From NCBI RefSeq assembly GCF_009914755.1, contig NC_060930.1: a DNA stretch of 64,000 nucleotides; one strand, 5' to 3'. Shown in pieces: positions 26,722-42,588 of the stretch; position 1 is the first letter of the stretch, and every line of letters starts with the position of its first letter. Position numbers and translations under genes: made by a program. The notes beneath the pieces were generated by a model. The model had not been told where the DNA came from, did not search any database, and was given only the letters and a program-made list of their open reading frames with translations. The DNA comes from the human T2T-CHM13v2.0 reference genome, Homo sapiens.

Positions 26722-27453
26722 GTAAGTTTATATTTTTTCTCATTAAAATACGATCACTGAATGAAATATGTTAATAGAAAATGTCTGATTTTTAAGTGAA
26801 TTTTTTAATAAGTGCTTTCAAATTACTTTCCCAGTGGAAATATTTATGTTTGTTGTTGAAACTGAATGATTTTACAAATCATTGAGCTTCTTAACAAACA
26901 ATAGAACAGAAAAGAATGTACATCTTTCATTTTAAAATTTTGCTTCAATTTACAAAGACTGTCAAATTTATAGTATTCTTTGCCAAAATGCTAGGGGAAA
27001 CAATATAGCTAAGTCCTACTTTCTTCTTGTTTCATAATGTCTCACAGTATTTCTTTTTTCAAAATAAAAAATCTTCTGTTTATTGTTATGAATTACAGTA
27101 ATTTATTAGCTCATAATAATCTGCTCTACAATCTTTGTAATCCAACTGAAGAGTGATTTGAATGGCCATGAACGAGGTAGTCTTTTAATATTTGCTTTAT
27201 TTGCATAGTGGTTATGTGTGTGTGTATATATATATAATATATATATATATGGTGTTTTAAATAATTTATGCTACAGGACACTTTAATATCTGTCATTTAA
27301 TTAGGTACTCACTGTTCATAAAGCACACTCTCAACTCCCAGCATAACTCATTTGCCATTAATTTGGCCCTTTTGAATACGACAGTACATTTGTGAAATAG
27401 TCAGTTCTAGAAAGACCTGCTGTGGGCTGACATTTCTGAAACATTAGGAATTA

Positions 27454-27865
<412 letters not shown>

Positions 27866-28039
27866 TTAGCTACATGAAAACTTCTATTTACCAACCTTTG
27901 ATTTAGAGATAAATAAGATAGATGATCATTCATAAATGCACACATTCAGGAGCTGATTGGTTCTGTATAGGAAGTAAATAATGATGACAGTAGCTTTAGC
28001 AATGAGCTGACTAAAAATCTGGATTTTTTTTCTATTCCT

Positions 28040-28330
28040 TTTAGTTTACATGTAATAACTGTACATATTTATGAGGTACACAGTGATATTTCAATACATG
28101 TATACAGTTTGTAAAGATCAAATCAGGGAAGTTAAAATATCCATCACCTGAAATATTTATTACTTCTTTATGTTGGAAACATTCAGAATCCTCTGTTCTA
28201 TCTTTTGAACCTGTGAAATAAATTATTGTTTACTATATTCACCCTACAGTGCTATAGAACACTAGAACTTATTCCCCCTACCTATATGTACTTTTGTACC
28301 AATTAATGAAACTTTCCCTGTCCTCCTCTC
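28040..28330 (-). mobile_element. L1MA-type 3' end fragment
   Basis: ctgtacatatttatgaggtacacagtgatatttcaatacatgtataca ... gctatagaacactagaacttattcc. Confidence 0.75.
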
Positions 28331-28839
28331 TCGATTTTTTTTAATTAGAGAAGTATTTTATCTTTTAGTGTTCATAAATATCATAACAAAGTCTTTCTAA
28401 ATAATCAGCCACTGTGTGCTTGAGGGCTCTTAAGAAACCTGCTGAAGCATGAGTCTCAGTTACCATAATGAATACGGGATTTGCGATATCTCTGTCTGAT
28501 ATTTTTTAATACATTTCATTTTAATGCACATTTTAAGTTCTCCTAGGGTAAAATATTACCATTAGCCTTAATCCACCATTAAGTTGCTCTTCAATAATTT
28601 GAATCCTCAGAAGATGCTTTTTCATAGTAAATTCACCAAAATAGTTGGTCAAAGGTGTTTTAACTACAAAACCTGTAACTTAACTTTTACATCCCAGGAA
28701 AATTGCTAAATTCATAGAATACTTAGGAACTCCATTCAGTCCTATAGAATATGGTAGAGGTATACATCTTGAACTACATTTTAAGGAAGAACTGGAGAAG
28801 AGGTTCAGTTGCCTTATATTGTCCATGGCTCTGACACAC

Positions 28840-29226
28840 TGTTTTGGTTTTCTGGGGCTGCCATAACAAAGAATGATAGACTGAATGGCTTCAACAAGAG
28901 AAATTTATTTCCTAACAGTTCTAGACACTGAGAGTGTGAGATGAAGGTGTCGGCTGGGTTGAGTCTTTATGGAAGCCACTCTTTCTGGTCTGCAGATGGT
29001 CGTCTTCTCCCTGTGTCTTCACATGGTTTTTCCTTGTCTGATGTGTGCTCATCTCCTCTTCCTCTAAGGACACCAGTCATATCAGATTATGACCCACTCT
29101 AATGACCTCATTTTAACTTAATTACATCTTTAAAGACCCTATCTCCAAATACAGTCCCATTCTGAGGTACTAGGAGTTAGGACCTTAACCTGTAAATTTT
29201 AGGGGACACAGTTCAGTGCATAATGC
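28840..29226 (-). mobile_element. MaLR solo LTR (MLT1B-like)
   Basis: gggctgccataacaaag, aaggacaccagtcatat and aagaccctatctccaaatacagtc motifs. Confidence 0.8.
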
Positions 29227-30877
29227 ACACATATGCTCTTTTCACTGGACAGCCCAAAGGGAATAGTGCCACTTGGTTGGGAGGAAGCAGTGTGTGAAAT
29301 GCCGTGATTCATATTCTAGGGAGTTAAATGTTGGCACAGTTCCACTTGCCTCCATCAAATGGGAATATGTGGGAAATGCTACAATTTGCCACTGTTTCTC
29401 ATTTAGAAAGACAGTATCTTGAAATTTCTCATTTTTCATTTTAAAGGAAAAAAATCTTTCAGGACTAACCTCCCTTCTATGAAAAAGAAAGATGGCAAAG
29501 ACCATGCTGGATCAGAATGGTGCCCATGCAGTGTAGCTTTCTATCTTGGAGAGAGTATTGGGGATTAATCTATGGAAAAAACAGTTATTCTTATGACAGT
29601 AATGTCAGACGGCCAGAGCTGGTTGCCCAGGTTTCTCTAACAACCATGATTTATTTATTAATCTAAATAATAGTTATTAACTCTTTTCAACCAATAATTT
29701 TCTTTGAGAATCAGATAGAAATTACTATCTACCCTCCAATTAGGACATTACAGACTCATACATCTGTGAATCTGAGGAATGGTACCTTGTTCTAACACTT
29801 CTATTCATTCAGCCGTCCTGACATTCACTCACTAATCATATACCCGTGACTGCCTTCTTTCCTGGCATGTGATACAGCCAGAACTGGTGTTTTCAGCTTC
29901 AGCCAGCTCTTGATAATGAGTGATGCACACACAGATCACAGAATTCTCAAAGTAGAAGGATTTGGGGATCTTTAATTCTGCCCTTTTCTCTTTACTAATT
30001 GAAAACCTTGCCCGTTGAGACAGGAGAATTTATCTACCTATTGCATATTAGTCATAATTAAAGAACTAGTGTTCAGTCTTTTGATAATCATTTGATTATT
30101 CTTACTATATTTCTATATCTAGGAAACATAGTACTTTATTTTAAGTGAACAGTTTTTTTCCAATTTTAACATGTACCCACCTCCTGATATTCTGAACTTT
30201 GTAAAAAAAATTTATTTTCATCTGTCATGGATGACAAGAATTCAAATTTTTGGTTCTGGTTGCTGTGTGAGTTGGCAGCTACTTAACATTGGCATCTTAA
30301 TTTTTCATCTGAAAAATTGAAATAAAAATATCCACTCTGCTTACCACACAAAAGGTGATTATGAAGGGCAAATGAACTAATATATGTAAAAAGTACTTTA
30401 TAAAGATAAAATTGATTTCATTTATGAATTTGCAGCCTCAGTCATCTTACCAGATTAAAAGGTCTTAATTTCACAATCTTCCTTCTGGATTTAATGGAAA
30501 TCAAAAGTGTTTAAATCATGATATAAAGCAATAGTCTGTAGTACTTGGTTTAAATGTGTTTTTTTCTACCAAAAATATTAACCTCATTTGCAGTAGTGTC
30601 ATTTGTTCCACTATTCCAAAGATGGTATAATTTTATAAAGTAAATGTCTTTATAGTTAAACCAGTTTAAAGAGTTGCCTATGAAAACTATCAGGAGACTA
30701 AATATGTCAACACTGGGCTATGTCACTCACTAATATATTTTACTGTCTCCCTCTTGTCTCTCACATCCATGTAGCTTATTTACATCAGTGTCCTTTATTG
30801 TCTGGTCCCACGTAACCTGTACAGTTCAGTCAACCAGTTAACCTTGATGCAAGTCTCTGACCCACCTGAATGCATCT

Positions 30878-31180
<303 letters not shown>

Positions 31181-32895
31181 CTGAATGTGTCTTATCTCCG
31201 ATGCTCACACCCCTGCCTCTGTGCCTTTGCTCAGGCTTTCTCTGTGATACTCTATGTTCTCCTACTTGGGACTGTCATGGCATGACATACCTTCTATGTC
31301 TGATTTTGGGTTTATCTTCTCTGTCACATGTTGTGAAACTAATGACTACCTAGACTAAATCACTAATGATAGGCAGCCACAATGATCTTGTACTTGATGT
31401 TTGATTTCCATACATAAAGGATTGTCTCATATGTTTTCTAGTTGTATTCCTATCTTACCTTCCTCAGCTAGTGTGTGAGTTCATCGGGGTAGGAATCATG
31501 TCTTCTGCTTTTCTCTTGGTCCCAACAGTACACAGAGCAATGTCAGGATCACAGTAAGCCTTTGTAACTGGTGATGGTGTGATGAATGGGTGATTGACAG
31601 CATCAGTTGTCTTCCTGATGATATTCCTTTCTTGTGTTGTGACAGTAAAGTGGGAGTCATGCTTTAATGCATATTATTTTGACCATTTTTCCCTGTAGGG
31701 ATCACTTTATCCTTAGCCACATTCATGTACTTGTCTCAGCCCGTTCACAAAGCCTTCTGTTATCCTCTGCAAGTCTATTGTCTGACTGGGTCCAGAGAGT
31801 AAAAATTTCCTGCTTTTGAAAGGAAGCAAACATTGTCTGTTTCATGTGATAATTAGGAAACTTCTAAAAAATATAAAGTAGAAACACAGTTTGTAGCATG
31901 GCTGTCTGTAGGGTTAATGTGAAACTGGTGTTTCTGTAATTGTGAGAAATGATTATATTAATTTAGAAATTCTGCTTAGAAGGGCTATGTTTATTTTAAT
32001 ATTAAGTATTAGTCACTTCATAGGTTAATTCTGAATGTCATATACCTACATACTAAGGGTTCAGTAAGTTTATTAGATATGATTTAATATAAATTATAAA
32101 CTCTATCCTATTGAGGGAGTACTTTGAAAATACATTGCACCAATCCCTAAGCACGATTTCCTTTCTTATTTATTGCATACTTTATATGTCATAATATGCG
32201 TACAGAAACTTCCTTCAGTACATATAGTTGAGAATGGAAGAATATCAATTAGTGTAAGTAGTAAAAATATCAATAAAATCAATGATTAAATATAGTTTGG
32301 CAAGAAGACTGCTTAAAATTAAAGTTACGTGATACAAATATTTATGTTTTTAAAATAGCACAAATTGTTAACTTTTATACATTCATATATTTATGTAAAC
32401 TTTTAGTTATAGGTTTTAAGTGTGCTGTACTTGTGTATTAAAAACATATAAGAAAATGGACAATAAAAACCTAAAATGAAAATGGATCCTAAATGTGTAA
32501 TAATAAAGATAGCAATAAAGGCTTTTTTTCTGGGCTATGTGTTATTCCATAGCAAGGATAATATCTTATTAATTTTTGTAATTATCTTCCAATCCCTAGG
32601 ACTGGGACTACTGTGACTAACATTTGGTAGATTACTCAGTAATTCTTTGATAAGCAATGAAATTAAGAAAACTCTTTGGTTTTAAAGATAAAAAAACATG
32701 TTTCATCTGGTCGACTTATAAGTGAAATAGAAATGATCTATCCTTAGCATTGTGTAAAACTATGTTCTAATGTTGATTAATTAATACATTCTGGTTTTAA
32801 TTATAATTTGATATTTCCCCAAATAGGGATTTCACATCTGTCTAAGATCACTGACTATTAAAATTGCAATAGTAATTTATAAAAACTGCATTGAC

Positions 32896-33026
32896 AGAAA
32901 ATTAACTATATACTGAGGGCTTATAATTTGCTGAATACTTAAATACCAATATTTATACTTAATTAATACTTAATTACCAATTAGTATTCAGCAAGTTGTA
33001 AGCTCTTAGTATATAGTTAATTTTCT
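32896..33026. repeat. Imperfect palindrome: 44-bp arms (32896-32939 / 32983-33026), 43-nt loop
   Basis: 40 of 44 positions are Watson-Crick; the other 4 are G.T on the + strand. Confidence 0.9.
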
Positions 33027-33154
33027 AGTCTGTGTTCTTGTTTTTAGATATATCACTAGACTTTTCTTCCTGTATGAAGTCATATATATATATAGTGTGC
33101 GTAGCTCTAGCTGTTTTGAATCTTGCATCTACAATTATTAACGTATAGGTTTAA

Positions 33155-33500
<346 letters not shown>

Positions 33501-33791
33501 TAATCATCATTTTCATTTTGCTTTAGTTCGTTCTTCTTAGTTTATGTGTTGTGTGCAAAGTGGCTTCAAGCTGTGTGTTCTTCTAGCCTTGGCCAAACAC
33601 CCTGTTAATATATGTCATGAAATTACAGTATTGGTTTAATATTAATTGTTAAAAGTTAATAGAAAAGTTGCATCTTTAAGATACAATTATTTTTGATGGT
33701 TTACCCCCAAGAAAATAGATATTCAGAAACAATGAACATGCTGTATATGGTTTTAAATGCATCTAACACATTAACATTCTTATAATTTTAG

Positions 33792-33877
33792 GGGTCGAAC
33801 TGGAAAAATTAGAGTGCAGAGTCTGAAGATTGGATTAATGTCTCTCTCCAAAGGTCTCTTGGAAGAAAAATACAGAT
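33792..33877 (+). CDS. UTRN: Utrophin coding exon (DMD exon 66 equivalent): (T)[28 protein letters not shown](Y)
   Basis: ttttAG acceptor, GTATGT donor at 33878; 86 nt; in frame. Confidence 0.96.
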
Positions 33878-36022
33878 GTATGTAAGACCTTTCTTATACC
33901 AACAGTGTTTTTAGTAATAATAATGATTATAACAATTTATTGGAAACTTAAATTATATAATTTGTTAGTAGTAATAGTTCTCTCTCTTTTTTTAACCCTT
34001 ACTGTGCCTATACCAAGTTAGACAGAGGGTGGCAGTGCAAAGACTTGGGGCTTTGTGTGAAATGGAAAGCTGATTATAACTAAGAGGTGAGGTGCCAGGA
34101 TGGAGTGAGACCCAACTACAAATTATACTTCATTTAATTCTTAGAATAATCCCTCCATAATGTAGGCATTTGAGATTTTCATTTTCTGGCTGAGAAAATT
34201 AATGCTGAGATAGGTTAAGAATCTAGTCTAAGACTGCAGAGCTGATAAGGGATGGGGCTAGAATTAGATACTAGGTTTTTCTGACTCCAAAGCCTAAACT
34301 TTTTTTTATTTCTTTATACTTCCAATGCTTAAAAGAAAAAGATGAACTAGAACCTTTACAGTCATAGACGATAATCCTAAATAAATATATTTTACAGCTG
34401 TGACAAAATAAAACATGATTTTTAAATTTTTATTATATTTGGATTTATCAAATAAATCAACAGTGTTCCTTTACCTGTCAGTTAATGAAAGGTATATTGG
34501 CTTTGGAAAAGACTTGTGTTCAGGAGCCAAGGAGACCTGTCTTCAAATCTCTACCACTTAGTAGCTGAGTGTCTTTGGGCAGGTTATGTGATTTCATTGA
34601 ATATTGCCAACTAAGAGGTAATAGTATTCCAATTTTACAGTTCAAGAAGCTGAAATTTAGCAAATTTTCTTCAACTGAAAAAATGAAGCTAATAATTCCT
34701 GCTTGGAGAATAATTAGGAGTAATGTTTAAGGTACCTAGAAATAGCAGTTGTTGAATAAATGGTAGCAGTTGCTGCTGAGTCCCCAAACCCTTAACTACT
34801 ATCACATATCTTTTGATTTATTTTTGTCCATAAAATGTGAATTTGATCCCACCATGCATATTCCCAGATGATTCTTTACAGATAAATCCATACATTTGTG
34901 GGAGAGGTTTAGGGATATTCCATGAATGGAGAGATACTAAAAAACAATAGGATGTTTGATTATAGGCCCTGTAAACTGAGTTAAGTTTTGTGTCTTATGT
35001 CAACATGCATACATTTTAAAAGCTTTTATTTTCTGGGATTTCTGTGAGGTTATTGGATTTTGAATTTCAGGTCTAGACCATGATGGCTTGTTTTTTCTAC
35101 ATAGTTTGACAAGAATGTCAGTGAAAAGAAATGTGGATTTATATAAAATGAAAAGCTGATTGTAGGATTAGGAGATAAGGTGCTATGACGGAGTGAGAGC
35201 CTAGTTAGCCATGCAGAAGAAAGCTTTGCCCAAGACTTTTGCTTTGTGGCACTTTATCCAGAATTGAAGTAGTTTTTGGAATCATAATCATGAAAAGATA
35301 TAATTTCAACAGCTGAAAACGTTATCTTTTTATAATGATCAGGAAAGGAAAATGTTAATGAAAACACCAATGTTACAAAATTAGAAATGGATTTTTTATC
35401 ATCTCTGATTTGGGGTTTCTTGTGCTTCTGAAACAATTAGGGTTCTCTGAAAGTAACAGTTATAGTGTGGAGCTTACTCTGAAATATTTGCAAATTCAAC
35501 CTCAAAGCTTACATTGTGGATAATTCAACATTAACTTTCAGATTTTGGCAGGGGAAGCAGAAGGCTCTGCCGTGAAATTTCTGATATTTAATTGAATCCA
35601 GGAAGTATGCCATTTTAGAACTAATTAAATATGAAATCTCTTGGGTTTTAATCTTTAATCTAAATCTTTACTGGGATATCTAGACTTTGGAATGTCCTGG
35701 GGTTTTATTTTGCTTTTTACTTTGAGGACCTTCACCACTCTGATTCCAGTTTCTGTGATATCATTATTGTTTCCTTTATTAGAATTAATATTCAAGACAG
35801 TTTGCTCTTCAAATGCAATGGCAGGGCCGCCATTCAAGATCATTGGTATCTGTCTGAACATTGATTTTATTAATACAATGCCCAATGTCAGTGTCTTCAC
35901 CCCATAACACCTTCTTCTCTTGGTCCTTTCCTAAGAATATTCCTTGTTTAGTTTCTAACAGTGCCCTGGCCTTTATGCTTATAGCTGGCTAGCTTCCTTG
36001 CCTCATCAAAAACACATTTACA

Positions 36023-36181
36023 GACCAGGCACAGTGGTTCATGCCTGTAGTCCTAGCTACTTGGGAGACTAAGGTGGGAGGATCACTTGAGCCCCAGGAA
36101 TCGGAGGCTGCAATGAGCCATGGTCGGACCACCACACTTCCAGCCTGGATGACAAAGCGAGACCTTAAAAAAAAAAAAAAA
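36023..36181 (+). mobile_element. Alu monomer (FRAM-like)
   Basis: Single right-arm-type monomer with A tail. Confidence 0.8.
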
Positions 36182-36860
36182 GTACACATTTTCAAACCAT
36201 CCTTTTAAATTATCATTAGTATCTCTTCTGTGCTTATTTATTAGAATTTGAGTTTTTAGATTATGACTTTCTTATTACCTGCCCCTTTACCCTGACACTG
36301 CTTTTTGTATCTTACTATAATGTTGAGAATGTGAACTTTTGTAGGAACTTTTATAAGGATTTATAGAAATATGTCAAAATGTCTAAGGACACTTTTGTCC
36401 TTATGTTTTGTGAGTAGTTTTACTTTAATAGTGGCATAGTGGTGTAGCCATATGCCTCAAAAGAGGAAAGTTGGGCATAGTTGATCTTGCTGAAAATGTG
36501 CACTTTTCTGCAAAGATTATTATACATATGCATCAACTTTTATTTACTTAACAGACCTCTTCCCAGGGACTGGTTTAAAATAAACATCATGCTAAGACTA
36601 CTGGATAAATATTTTTGTCTATGATAGTCTTATTGTTTTTAATGGAAAGAAATAAGTAGAGCTCTAACCAAATCTAAGTGAAAAAATTATAATAAAAATC
36701 AAATTTATCTTCATTGAATTTGCTTTCCCTATGTATGCTTATAATTAAAGCCATACTTCATTATAATTACTGTGTCAATATCACTGAGCTTGGTTCAGTT
36801 TGAAATTTCACCACTGACAGTGTTAGATCTAGCATTATATTCCTTATAAAAAGAGAGAAT

Positions 36861-37189
<329 letters not shown>

Positions 37190-37871
37190 TCAGGTACTGT
37201 TTGAAAATAGTTTTAGAATCCAATAAATATTTACTCCACTTTCTTCTATTCTTGGAAAATGTCACATGAAGAGCATTTAGATTTTAAGTACTTTTGAATT
37301 TTTAGAACTTGAAAATTTATTTCCAAAAAGTATTAATTTCTATAATGAAGTAGATTGTTTGTATTTGAAATTTCTTCCTCTTCCAAAAGTAACTTATCTT
37401 AGGATATTAGCTTTATTGTTGAAAATAATATATAATTTTGATCTTCAAAGTATTGTATATGGTGAATAAAAGGTAAACCAAGAGTGGACAAAATAGAAGA
37501 GTTTTAATTTTACTGAATTAAGAAAATTATAAAACAAATCAGTTTTTTAATGAATGGAAAAACCTAAAAACTGTATGAAAATATGCACAAATTTTTAAAT
37601 TTGATTAAATGTATTTCATTACATGAAGTAAAACAAAAATAGTGGTTATAGCTAATAAGGAATGGGAGACTGGCCCAAAGGAGAAAAAACACACCTTCTT
37701 GTACTTTTTAGTGTTTCTTATATAAAATAGATGTGAGTATAAAAGTCTTTAAAATAAGTTATAATATATATACATTTAGTAGAATATTGAATTTAGGAGT
37801 GAACACACAAAGTTTGTAAACAAATCTGTTAAAATTTAAAGGTTTGTTATTTAAGGTACGTTTATTCCTTT

Positions 37872-38005
37872 GTGTTTTTTTATTTTTTTTTGAGTTGGGG
37901 TCTTGCTATGTTGCCCAAACTGGTCTCAAACTCCTGGCTCAAGTGATCCTCCTGCCTTAGTCTCTCCAGTAGATGAGATTACAGGCATGCACCACAGCAC
38001 CCAAC
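37872..38005 (-). mobile_element. Alu monomer (FLAM-like), antisense
   Basis: ggggtcttgctatgttgccc ... gattacaggcatgcaccac. Confidence 0.75.
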
Positions 38006-38431
38006 TACATCTATTCCTTTGACAAGTCATGAAGGAAGCTTTGTTTTGGCTCATTCTTTCTCAATAAGAAGGGGAGTTCTTATGAAGATCATAAAATTAA
38101 TTCATATGCATTTATTGTATCATTTTAAAAAGGAAATTTGCGTTTATTGATTTATATTATATATGCATGATTTATGTTTATATGTATACATAACCCATTC
38201 TTGCAGGAACGGGTTAACTACATGCTTCTTAAAATAATCTAATATCATATGTAATGCAGAATATTAAGATCAGAATATTAAGGTCATTGGAATTCAGGAG
38301 ACAACGAATCAGATTCATGTCCTTCTGAAATTTTTTTAATCTGCATGGTTCAGTCCACATTACCAAAGATATATTTTAAGTAAAAGAACATGGTAGGCAG
38401 ATGAAAGTTAACCTCTTGCCTCTCTTTGCAG

Positions 38432-38589
38432 ATCTCTTTAAGGAAGTTGCAGGGCCAACAGAAATGTGTGACCAGAGGCAGCTGGGCCTGTTACTTCATG
38501 ATGCCATCCAGATCCCCCGGCAGCTAGGTGAAGTAGCAGCTTTTGGAGGCAGTAATATTGAGCCTAGTGTTCGCAGCTGCTTCCAACAG
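38432..38589 (+). CDS. UTRN: Utrophin coding exon (DMD exon 67 equivalent): (Y)[52 protein letters not shown]
   Basis: tttgcAG acceptor, GTAAGC donor at 38590; 158 nt; lies within ORF 38401..38640. Confidence 0.98.
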
Positions 38590-39254
38590 GTAAGCATGAA
38601 GGATCACTGGTGTGTAGGATGTGTTGGCGAAGGGTTTTGAGGATGTTCTGAGACATGGAATAGGGAACTCGGGCTGGAGCCAAATACTGGAAGACTTTGG
38701 GTACCATCCAACAAGTGGTGTATTTTATTTCCTAAGGCTCATTTGCTTCAAAAAATAGCAACCCTTGCAAAGAGACTTGCTGTTTTTCTTTGATAAAATC
38801 TACAATCTTTAACCTGTGCCATTAGATTGCTGTTTGTCCTGCCCTTTTCCTGGCCTCATCTCCTACCATTCCTCTCCTTGCTCTCCGCTTTCCAGCTGCA
38901 CTGTTTTATTTCCTTGATTCCTGCCTCAGCAGTGCCTTTGGACCTGTGTCTGCTGTTTAGACGTTCTTCCTTCCCCATTGCCCACTACCTCCCTTCTCAT
39001 ACCTAATCTTTATTTGATCTTTAGATTTTAGCTTTAGCTATTACATCCTCTGAAAATCTTTCTCTGACCTCTTCAGATAATGCTGTATTTTCCTATTATA
39101 TTCACCTAATATCGTCCACCTCTTCCTTCTCATACTCAGTGCAATTATAATTACACACTGAGTTATATAATTCATGGCTTAGTGTTTGTTTCTTCTCTAG
39201 GAACCTAAGCTCCATGAAGACAAGGACTACGGCTATCATTTTACTGTTGTATCC

Positions 39255-41002
39255 TGTCTTAGTTCATTCAGGCTGCTGTAACAAAATACCATAAACTGGA
39301 TGGCTTTTAAACAACAGAAATTTATTTTCTACAGTTCTGGAGGCTGTCCATGATCAAGGTGCTAGCAGATTCAGTATCTGCTGAGGGCCCACCTTCTGGT
39401 TCATTGCAACCTTTCTTGCTGTTTCCTCATATGACAGAAGAAGTGAATGATCTCTCTTGGGCCTCTTTTTTTGTTTGTTTGTTTTGTACTTTAAGTTCTG
39501 GGGTACATGTGCAGAACGTGCAGGTTTGTTACATAGGTATACATGTGCCATGGTGGTTTGCTGCACCCATCAACCCATCATCTACATTAGGTGTTTCCCC
39601 TAATGCTATCCCTCCCCTAGTCCCCCACCCACTGACAGGCCCCAGTGTGTGATGTTCCCCTCCCTGTGTCCATGTGTTCTCATTGTTCAACTCTCACTTA
39701 TGAGTGAGAACATGTGGTGTTTGGTTTTCTATTCTTGTGTTAGTTTGCTGAGAATGATGGTTTCCAGCTTCATCCATTTCCCTGCAAGGGACATGGACTC
39801 ATCCTTTTTTATGGCTACATAGTATTCCATGGTGTATTTGTGCCACATTTTGTTTATCCAGTGTATCATTGATGGGCATTTGGGTTGGTTCCAACTCTTT
39901 GCTATTGTGAATAGTGCCTCAGTAAACATACGTGCGCATGTGTCTTTATAGTAGAGTGATTTATAATCCTTTGGGTATATACCTAGTAATGGGATTTCTG
40001 GGTCAAATGGTATTTCTGGTTCTATATCCTTGAGGAATTGCCACGCTGTCTTCCACAATGGCTGAACTAATTTACACTCCCACCAACAGTGTAAAAGCAT
40101 TCCTATTTCTCCACATCCTCTCCAGCATCTGGTGTTTCCTGACTTTTTAATGATCACCATTCTAACTGGTGTGAGATGGTATCTCATTGTGGTTTTGATT
40201 TGCATTTCTCTAATGACCAGTGATGATGAGCTTTTTTTCTATGTTTGTTGGCTGCATAAATGTCTTCTTTTGTGAAGTGTCTGTTCATATCCTTTGCCCA
40301 CTTTTTGATGGGGTTGTTTATTTTTTTCTTGTAAATTTGTTTAAGTTCTCTGTAGATTCTGGATATTAGCCCTTTGTCAGATGGATAGATTGCAAAAATT
40401 TTCTCCCATTTTGTAGGTTGCCTGTTCACTCTGATGATAGGTGTTTTTTGTTGTTGTTTTGTTTTTGTTTGTTTTTTGTTTGTTTGTTTGCTGTGCAGAA
40501 GCTCTTTAGTTTAATTAGATCCCATTTGTCAATTTTGCCTTTTGTTGCCATTGCTTTTGGTGTTTTAGTCATGAAGTCTTTGCCCATGACTATGTCCTGA
40601 ATGGTATTGCCTAGGTTTTCATCTAGGATTTTTATGGTTTTAGGTCTTACATTTAAGTCTTTAATCCATCTTGAGTTAATTTTTGTGTGAGGTGTAAGGA
40701 AGGGGTTAAGTTTCAGTTTTCTGCATATGGCTAGCCAGTTTTCCCAACACCATTTATTAAATAGGGAATTCTTTACCCATTGCGTGTTTTTGTCAGGTTT
40801 GTCAAAGATCAGATGGTTGTAGATGTGTGGCATTATTTCTGAGATCTTGGGCCTCTTTTATAAGGGCACTAACCTCATTCAAGAGGGCTCCACCCTCATG
40901 ACCTAATCATTTCCTAAAGGCTCTACCTCCTCGTACCATCTCCTAAGTGGTTAGGTTTTTAACATATGAGTTTTGGGGGACAAAAATATTCAGATTATTA
41001 CA
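39255..41002 (-). mobile_element. MaLR LTR (MLT1A0-like) split by an L1 insertion
   Basis: The halves 39255-39469 and 40845-41002 join into a continuous MLT1A-type sequence. Confidence 0.8.
39470..40844 (-). mobile_element. 5'-truncated primate L1PA (ORF2 C-terminus and 3'UTR), frameshifted
   Basis: ORFs 40426..40833, 40184..40429 and 39729..40205 (-) are L1 ORF2 pieces ([23 protein letters not shown]); 15-bp TSD tcttgggcctctttt at 39455-39469 and 40845-40859. Confidence 0.96.
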
Positions 41003-41681
41003 TTTCCTGTGCCTTGAACATCATAACTACTTTAATAAATATCTGCTAAAGAACTGAATTAAAATGTCCTGAGTTCTTTTTAAGACAAGATTTTTAAAAT
41101 ATATATACATTAAAGATGTTATTAAAGTATCAGTTTTTTTTCTTTGAGACTATGCATACAAAAGAAAGATGTACGAAGTTTTATACTGATCTAAGTTACT
41201 AATTTGAAACTGAGAAAGCACTTTCATTTCTTTTTAATGTTTACTGCATATAAAGACATTTTAGAAATGTTACTACTGATGTTATACATATGCATAAAGT
41301 ACAAGTCTACAGATATTTTGGCAAAGCATATCCAGTGATTTATCATTGCTAGGGAAAAAAAAGGCTCACACCGTGTCTTTGAGGAGAATTGATGTCATGG
41401 GTTATTACATTTTATAATGGCCCTTTTTCTTATTTTAGAAATACAAAAAATATCAAATGCAAATTCTAAATATGATTTATAGTCATACATGTAGGTTCAC
41501 AGAATGACCTCAACAGCAACAGGAGGATAAAATTGGTAGATATTTAGCTTTGCACATAGGAAAATTACTTAGTATTGGGAATTGAAGAGGGATTGGGGAG
41601 TTTTATGTAATTTATCCTGATAAATTCTGCAAAGTACATCCATAGCAATATGCTTTCTGTGTGATGATATAATGGGACTAG

Positions 41682-42092
<411 letters not shown>

Positions 42093-42421
42093 AAATGAGT
42101 TTTACAGAATTATTTATGTAAAAAGATGACTTTAAATTGAGTGGTTTGGGTTTTTGCTTTTGTTTCTTTCAAAATCTGAGTATATTGAAGTCTTGGTATT
42201 TTTTTGCTTCTTCCTATGTGACAATTTCTGCTTTTTCTACTCATAAGTTCTAGCATTTTCTTGACTTGAAGAACCTTAAAGCATTGTGACTTAACTGACA
42301 TGGAAAGAGTTATATAGTTTCCTCTTCTGCACAAATTTTCAGAAGATTATGAAGCAACAACACTAGCTACAGTTTAAATGAAGGCATTTCTTCACTTTTA
42401 ATATATTTCTTTTTTCACCAG

Positions 42422-42588
42422 AATAACAATAAACCAGAAATAAGTGTGAAAGAGTTTATAGATTGGATGCATTTGGAACCACAGTCCATGGTTTGGCTCC
42501 CAGTTTTACATCGAGTGGCAGCAGCGGAGACTGCAAAACATCAGGCCAAATGCAACATCTGTAAAGAATGTCCAATTGTCGGGTTCAG
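42422..42588 (+). CDS. UTRN: Utrophin coding exon (DMD exon 68 equivalent), start of ZZ zinc finger: [55 protein letters not shown](R)
   Basis: ttcaccAG acceptor, GTAAGG donor at 42589; 167 nt; [15 protein letters not shown] and CNIC motifs. Confidence 0.98.
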
